From NCBI RefSeq assembly GCF_018977255.1, contig NW_024704742.1, positions 85,438,001-85,498,000 on the forward strand: DNA of 60,000 bases, read 5' to 3'. A program made the translations under genes and the position numbers. The first letter of the stretch is position 1; each line of letters opens with the position of its first letter. Source of the DNA: Callorhinchus milii (Eukaryota). Below are positions 52,947-60,000 of the stretch, in pieces. The notes under the pieces were generated by a model. It saw only the letters and a program-made list of their open reading frames with translations. It was not told the origin of the DNA and ran no database searches.

Positions 52947-55504
52947 ACCAATTGAGCCAGGCTACCACCCATATTTGATGACAGACAACTTAGCTTATCT
53001 CATAGCAAGGCATGGAGGAGCATACCAGTCACAGGGAAAGGGGATTCTTCCCAATTGGCTCCAGTTCAGAGCTCCGAGACGATACTCCACATTAAGGACA
53101 CTATAAATGCAAGTTGTTGTTGTTGTTAAGGCTGGAAGCCAAAGTCCTAATGGGTAGTGTGTTTCTAGCTCACAAGCATTGGGATTCGGAGCTTGACAGA
53201 CAGTGTACTCAATGGCAAGCTATGTGGTTTTAGCTGGTAAACCCCAGTAGCATTTCAAAGCACTCACTGTGGTCTCCAAACCTTGGCCCACGCCAATCTG
53301 TGCAAATAACTTCTGGGATGAGGAGAGCAAGATGCATTCCTCTGGGGAAAGAGTGCAAAATCCCATTCCAGATAAATGGCAATTTCCATGCATTCTAAAG
53401 ATTGGTGATGGGTTTCTGCATGTGTCAGATACCTTCCCTTGTGAGGTAGGTGTTTGGCTTTTCTCTACTTATGGTAGGAGGAAAGACTCAGATGAATATA
53501 TTTGTGACTTTAAACTCAGGATGGTAAAGAGAACAGCATTTTCCACTCACTGGCATTCCACTCATTTGACTGTTGTCCTCAAGTGCTGTTAGCAGTCATA
53601 GCCTGATATCAGCCAAGTAACCAGAATAGATGCTCACAATTCTGAATTATAATGGAAATTATTCAACATTTTTTTGGTGGTGGGGGGAGGGGTGAATAAA
53701 TAGCTTTTCAAACCTGATTGCTGCATCAAAATCCTTTGCACCGTTTCTCTAAGGAGCGCAAAATTCCTAAAAATTAGCTGTATGTTCCATTTCAACAAAG
53801 AAGTTGACCCCAATTATTGTAACCAGAATCATTTATAGTTCACCGGCTCCCATGTGATCAGGTTTTGAGCCAAAAGGAAGTGTCGTTCTTCAAGGGGTGA
53901 TGGTTTCATGAAAATGTGTTTGGTAGAAGGATATTTTCGACCGGGGAGAGTGGGTAGTCAGAAAAGTTTTCGGTCACTGTTGTTCCTTATAATAATAATA
54001 ACAATAATAGTTATCATCATCATTCTTGCATTTGATATAACGCCTTATCTGCACCTTCTTAAAATTAAAAAAAATGTTCTAACAGCTAAGACAAAGTAAA
54101 ATTTCATTCCTCAGATCCTTAAACAATAGTCTTGAATGCAGTGGGAAGGAAATTCAGGTCAATAATTTGCTCTTTCAGGTGAAGTAAGTAACATTTTGAG
54201 GACAGCTTGTTCCTCCAGCAAGTTCTGCAGCAGCACTGCCATTCCAGTGATTTGAGTTCTGAGATAAAAGATGCATGAAGGAGAAAATTACTTGCCTTCG
54301 TAGCTGACATCCCAAGGTCCTAAACCTGATAATAATAATCCTTGAATTTGTGCAATCGGCTGCCGTATTTCGCCCACAAAATATACAGTCAATTCACTTG
54401 AAGTGCTTTGAGACGTCTTGAAGATGTGATAAGGGGCTATATCAAATGCAAGGATCATTATTATTATTATTACCGCCAGAGGTAACAATCTGCAACCAAC
54501 AGTAAATATTCAGGCAACAGTAATGTTGCCAGATATTGACTGACCGACTGATCATCGATCACTGATCTATTGATTGATCGATCAGTATTTTTATTACAAT
54601 TGTATAATTTTCTCTATAAATTTTGCACAGCTCATTTGGTGCACAGGGCTAAGTCAGCCTTGGTCATATAATATATGATGACCACAGAGAGATGGGAATC
54701 AATATATCAATGCTAACAGATTAAGACACATTTCAATTAGATATAGCCAAATGTAATAATACCATGAATTGCTTTTATAATAGATTTAATTTATAAAAGC
54801 AACTTTCACCTAAGTCAGTAGCAAAATGATTCAAAAGCTTTCTTCTTCACTATGTTATATTTTGTTAAAAATCAAAGCCCATCTCTTTTAAACTATGCAT
54901 CACATGTTAAATATTAGATGATACCAAGTGGGGACCAACTACTCATATGACTGAACTAGTTATACTTTAAATTAGTTGCGCTTCCATGGTAGCTCAGACA
55001 ATGAGACATACTTGACTCTGCACCAGCAATGTGATATCCAGCAAACGTTTTCAAGTTACAGTACTTAGAAACGCCTTTATTATAGATGTGTAACTGTACC
55101 AAGTCTGATATAGATCAGTACAGATAGTATTGGATGGGACCAAAGCCCAATTCAACCAAAGCCATTCAAGACAATTGTAGGGACCCAATTTGTTGCTGGT
55201 TGAGATCAGCTAACTGAGAAAAGACCAAGAATCATAAAATAACGAGAGGTTTGGATGAAGAAAACCCTTTGGTCTATTTTATCTCACCCTACTATATTCT
55301 CATTACACCATCAAATTATTTCTTAAAGTGAATGTAGTGTGCTGGTCCACCACTCTCATGGTATCCCATTCCAGCTGTTATTTATCCTCTGTGTCAACAC
55401 TTACTTGGAAACACTGACATAGAGACACTCACATAGAACCACTCACATGGAGACACTCACATAGACACAGTCACATAGACAGTAACATAGACACTCACAT
55501 CAAG

Positions 55505-56080
55505 ACTTGACTATGCAAACTCACTGCTTGTTGGCCTCCCCAACTCCTCCCTCCACAGGCTGCAGATCTGCAGCCCATGTCCTCTCCTGCACTAGCTTCC
55601 GTGACCCTATCACCCCCATCCTCACCCAACTCTGTTGGATTCCCATCACACAGAGAATACAGTTCAAGATCCCGGTCCTCACCTTCAAAGCTCTCCACGG
55701 TCTTGCTCCCCCCATCTCTCCGACCACCTAAACTCTACCATCCTGCTCGCTCCCTCCGCTCAGCGGGCTCTGGCCTGCTTTATGTCCCCTACCTTGCTTG
55801 TCCCACTATTGGTGGGCAGGCCTTCTGCCTCTCTGCACCCATCCTCTGGAACTCCATCCTGTAGTCCCTCCATCTCGCTCTCTCCCTCGCCACCTTCAAG
55901 ACCCACCAAAAGACCCTCCTCTTCAACAGTGATTTTGTTCTCCCTGCTTCCTCCGCTGTCCTCCACACTCACCCACCCCGACCCATAGGTTGGGTCCATA
56001 ACTCTGTCTGTCCAGTGCCTTGGGACGTACGTCCTCCTGATGTGAAAGGCGCTACACAAATGTAATTTTGTTGTTGTTAT
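55505..56080 (+). mobile_element. L2 LINE 3' fragment
   Basis: DPITPILTQLCWIPITQRIQFKIPVLTFKALHGLAP; L2 tail. Confidence 0.85.
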
Positions 56081-56546
56081 TTCCTGGTGTCTATCCTGCA
56101 ATTGCCTTTGACCACCCTGAACCTGTGACTTTTGTTTTGTTGCCGCCTGTCTGAAAATATTGCTCTGGGTTTACTTACGCAATCCCATTTAGCATTTTAT
56201 ACGTATCTCCATTGAGAGCCTATTGTTTTTGATAGCTCATCCTGCTAACCCCGGGGATATCCTGTTACACTTCTGTGCACTCCTGTCTAAGGCTGAGCAG
56301 CCACCTTGTGTCTCTGAGACCTGAATTACTCTCAATACCCCAGAGCATTGTATAGCTGGCTGCTTTACACTGCTTGAACATGGTAAGTGATGAGTTAGTT
56401 AACACTCCTAGTTTTTTTAGCTTCCTCTTTCTATCCTGTCCACGTGTCTCTTATTTTTGCTTCCTATATTCAGCAAACGTTGGATTTTTCTGAGATCAGC
56501 GTTTTGGGATTTCACACTGCTTCATATAACGACTTTGATACTTACA

Positions 56547-56552
56547 TTTATT
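56547..56552 (-). terminator. Candidate poly(A) signal of the LRR gene
   Basis: AATAAA on - about 170 nt after the stop codon. Confidence 0.5.
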
Positions 56553-56720
56553 TAAATATCTGAAACATACTCGTCAATGGAACTAACTGCATAAAGACAC
56601 ACAACGATTTTAACAAGTATTCTTCATTTGATACCATGCTGACTGTAGCTAGTTATGTTATGTCTGACCTGTGAAATATGGTCAATGCCATCAGAACAAG
56701 ATTACACTATGAATTTTATA

Positions 56721-56877
56721 TCAAACTTGAGAAATTTTTAACTTATGTCCTTTGCCTCTTGATCTGATTTTTGAGTGTTTTGGTGGATAGACTCTTTGTG
56801 CTTCCATTCTCTCCTCAAGCACCACTTCTGTGTCATCCAACACTTTCAGCCTTGGTATTTGACTGATCACATAGTGC
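56721..56877 (-). CDS. LRMDA-like leucine-rich-repeat protein, last coding exon (LRRcap)
   Basis: tttacag|G; HYVISQIPRLKVLDDTEVVLEERMEAQRVYPPKHSKIRSRGKGHKLKISQV*; YRxxVxxxxPxLxxLD cap motif spans the splice. Confidence 0.85.
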
Positions 56878-56914
56878 CTGTAAAAGGGTGGAATAACAAC
56901 ATTCAAATTCACAC

Positions 56915-57510
56915 TTGTTCTCTCCTCTCCGACACTTAGGGCAATTCACTCAGGATTCCTCACACTCACACTCCCTCCTCTCACACTCAGGACCACTCAC
57001 CCTCACATTCCTGCCTTTCACACTGAGGACTGCTCACACTCCCTTTCTCTCCTCTCACACTCAGAACTGCTCACTCTCTCTCCTCTCACACTCAGGACTG
57101 CTCACACTCACAATCTCTCCTCTCACACTCAGGACAGCTCACATTCACTCTCCTCTCACACTCAGAGCTGCTCACACTCAGGACTGCTCACACTCACTCT
57201 CTCTCCTCTCACACTCAGAGCTGCTCACACTCAGGACAGTTCACACTCACTCTCTCTCCTCACACACTCAGAGCTGCTCACACTCAGGACTGCTCACACT
57301 TACTCTCTCCCCTCTCATACTCATAACTGCTCACACTCTCCTCACACTCAGAGCTGCTCACACTCACTCTCCTCTCACACTCAGAGCTGCTCACATTCTC
57401 TCTCTCTCCTCTCACTTAGGACTGCTCACACTCACTCTCTCCTCTCCTGCTCAGGACTGCTCACCCTCTCTCTCTCTCCTCTCACACTCAGGACTGCTCA
57501 CACTCACAGT
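56915..57510. repeat. Degenerate CA/CT-rich tandem repeat filling most of the last LRR-gene intron
   Basis: Recurrent ctctcctctcacactcaggactgctcacactca units. Confidence 0.85.
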
Positions 57511-57598
57511 ATTTCCTGTTAATTTGCATTAATTACAGCTTCAACCCATTACTCAGTCATGCAAATGCCAATAAATTCATCAATACTTTAGCACTTAC

Positions 57599-57676
57599 CT
57601 ATAATCAATGTATTCTGGTAAACTCCCTCCGTTAAAATAACTTGGTGCAGCCTCGTTGTTCATCATACTTAGAATC
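57599..57676 (-). CDS. LRMDA-like LRR protein, internal exon (78 nt)
   Basis: gtag|G...AG|gtaagt; [25 protein letters not shown](R); phase fits both neighbours. Confidence 0.85.
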
Positions 57677-58021
57677 CTACAGGCAAGTTTAATATATGAA
57701 GCGTCAATAAATATCTACTGACAGGGCTGTAAGCCTCATCACCCCTCAATTTACTGCAAGAACCAAGGAGTGGAAATAAAACCAAATTGAATGGAATATT
57801 CAAGGCACTGTGAAAGGAACTTCTCTGAGCCATGCTATGGTTTCTAGCGCTTCCTCGGGTGAAATAATACATTGAAACTTATCTAGATCTCCTCTACTTT
57901 TTAACTATCCTATGGTTGTCTCATATATTGGGATGTTTGCAATGATCCTTTGAAATAAATTGGATGTCACCAATATAGAGGATAAGCCAGCACTCCAGTG
58001 TTGTCTACCATCTCAGCTGAC

Positions 58022-58657
58022 AGGTGGCAGCTTGGTTCAATTGGTAACATTCTTGCCTCTGAGTCAGAAGATTGTGAGTTCAAGCCCTTAATTGGGACTT
58101 AAAACTCGCATAGTCTAGGTTTAGGCTGACACACCAATGCTTTGGTGTGTTGCAATGTTAATTGCTGTCTTGACAAGGTGAAACATTAAACCAAGGTCCC
58201 GTTTACCTGTTCAGGTGGATGTTAAAGATCCCATGGTGCTATTTGAAAAGAGAAGGAAATTTCTCTAGTGTCCTGGCCAACAATCCCCAGATAAAATTGG
58301 TCATTAACTTTATAGCTGTTTGTACGATATTGCTATGTGAAAATTAATACTCCTTGCATTTGTTATAGTGCCTTCCATGTCATGAGGACATCCCAAAATG
58401 CTTCACAGGATTTATTATGAAGTGGAGAGACTGTATATTTGTAGGCTAACACAGCAGTTGAATTAAGCACAACAATATCCCACAAATAGCCATGAAACAA
58501 ATTACCAATATTATTTGGGGGGGAACAATTATTGGTAAGGACACTGGAAGAAATTTGCTTCTCTTTTTGAATTATGCCAAGGGATTTTTAACGTCCACTT
58601 GAAAAGGCAGACAAGACCTCAAATTAACATTTCATCTGAAGGACAGCACCTCTGACA
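58022..58657. mobile_element. Two directly adjoining, oppositely oriented SINE family B copies (+ 58022-58345; - 58346-58657)
   Basis: Forward head and body followed at once by a reverse tail, core and body. Confidence 0.8.
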
Positions 58658-59063
58658 AATATTGTAAATAGTTTATTGTTTTATTAATGCATTTTTACAC
58701 TAACTTGCCCTTAGTTATTTCTTTGTAATTCTTGAATAGACACATTTCTTTGAAGTTCTTTTGAGTCTCCCAGAAATAGAATATACTAGTTTACCTACAA
58801 AATACACAGTAAACCCATGAAGTGCTTTAAAAGTCTCCCTGATGAAAAAGGTGCTATATTGAATGCAAGGATTATTGGGAAAATCATGTATTTTTTATAA
58901 TAAAGAAGGTATAAAGAAGTCGTTCTAAACATGTGCGAAACTTAGACATTTTAGTGCTTTTCACAGAGCCATCATACCCTCAATAAAGAAACATAAAATC
59001 TTGCAGAAGTTTAAGGAGGACAATTATTGCTCGTTTTCCCATTAAGTTCCCAAATTATCTCAC

Positions 59064-59246
59064 CTGATTTGTGGGAAGTTTCTAGCTATTTCTGCAATGA
59101 ATATAGCCAGGTTGGTAATTCTGTTTTTGTTTATCCATAAGGTGGTGACATTCGGCATGTAGGGAAACTTCACGTGAGAGGAGAAATTGTTTCCATCCAA
59201 AATCAACGTGGTTAGTTTCCAGAGATCCCCCAGTTGTGAGAGGTTT
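59064..59246 (-). CDS. LRMDA-like LRR protein, internal exon (183 nt); 5' exons lie beyond the window
   Basis: tgcag|A...AG|gtgaga; [60 protein letters not shown]; two LxxLxLxxNxL repeats. Confidence 0.85.
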
Positions 59247-60000
59247 CTGCAGTGTTGGAATTGAGAAAGACACAAGTGTAGTATCCGTGGACAGATTTAG
59301 CAAAACGAATGATACAATTGACCAGGATAATGTGGACAATACTGACTGAAGGCTTGCAATTCTAAAATGGCTTAAATATCAATGGTGATGGGTATTATAA
59401 TCCTTGCATTTTGGGAATAATAATAATTCTTGCATTTGGTATAATAGCTTATCACGTCATCAAGACGTCTCAAAGCACTTCACAGGATAGACAGCAATGT
59501 CCCACAAACAGCCATAAAGAATGAACAATCTTTTATTGGGGGGATTGTTGCCTCGGAAACCAGGAGAAACTCCTTCTCTTTTCGAGCAGTGTCGTGGGAT
59601 CTTTAATATGCAGCTGAACAGGCAGACAGGATCTCAACACCTCTGACAATTCAACACACACCTGACTCTGCACTGGAGGGTCATCTTAGATTACCAGCAG
59701 GTCAGCTCCTTGGGATGTCCTCCCGACGTGAAAGGACTATATAAATGTAATTTTGCTGTTGTTAAATATAGGCCTGAGAATTTGTCAATATCTGCTCCCT
59801 ATCCTTACTCTAATGTAAAACATGAAACATTCATTATCACATTTGGTTAGCAGACCAATACTATTTATATTAAAACATCTGATAAACACAGGGCAGATTA
59901 ATAAAGAAAATAATCAACTCTAGATGTTGTGGATGATAATAATATTAATAATATACTGTAAAGTGAATTGACTGTATAATTGTGGGCAAAACGCGGCAGC

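Noticed and set aside
56915..57532. 205-aa ORF on +
   Set aside because: Translation of a low-complexity CA/CT tandem repeat inside an intron

Overview
Vertebrate genomic DNA with GT-AG introns and dense SINE/LINE content. The repeat types suggest a cartilaginous fish, possibly a chimaera (inference). Three genes were reconstructed by hand from splice sites and translation. (1) The last 7 coding exons of RIG-I/DDX58 on + (1157-8330). (2) A complete cytosolic aconitase/IRP1 gene ACO1 on -, with 20 coding exons from ATG at 34798 to TAG at 9989 (2673 nt, 890 aa), convergent with DDX58. (3) The last 3 coding exons of an LRMDA-like leucine-rich-repeat gene on - (56721-59246). The probable ACO1 promoter/non-coding exon 1 is a ~160-bp unique CpG-rich segment (~40045-40205). 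It lies between two G-skewed arrays in intron 1 (21-bp and ~32-bp units) and a ~47-copy 38-bp array whose unit carries Sp/KLF and PBX-PREP/MEIS-like motifs. The rest is two tRNA-derived SINE families with a shared 3' half, L2 and CR1 LINE fragments, and Tc1/mariner, Tigger-like and hAT MITEs. I found no CRISPR or other prokaryote-type system, and the long ORFs at 40-42 kb are repeat artefacts. The best leads are the promoter minisatellite architecture, a duplicated poison splice acceptor in ACO1, a ~100-bp intronic inverted duplication, possible DDX58/ACO1 3' overlap and the LRMDA-like paralogue.
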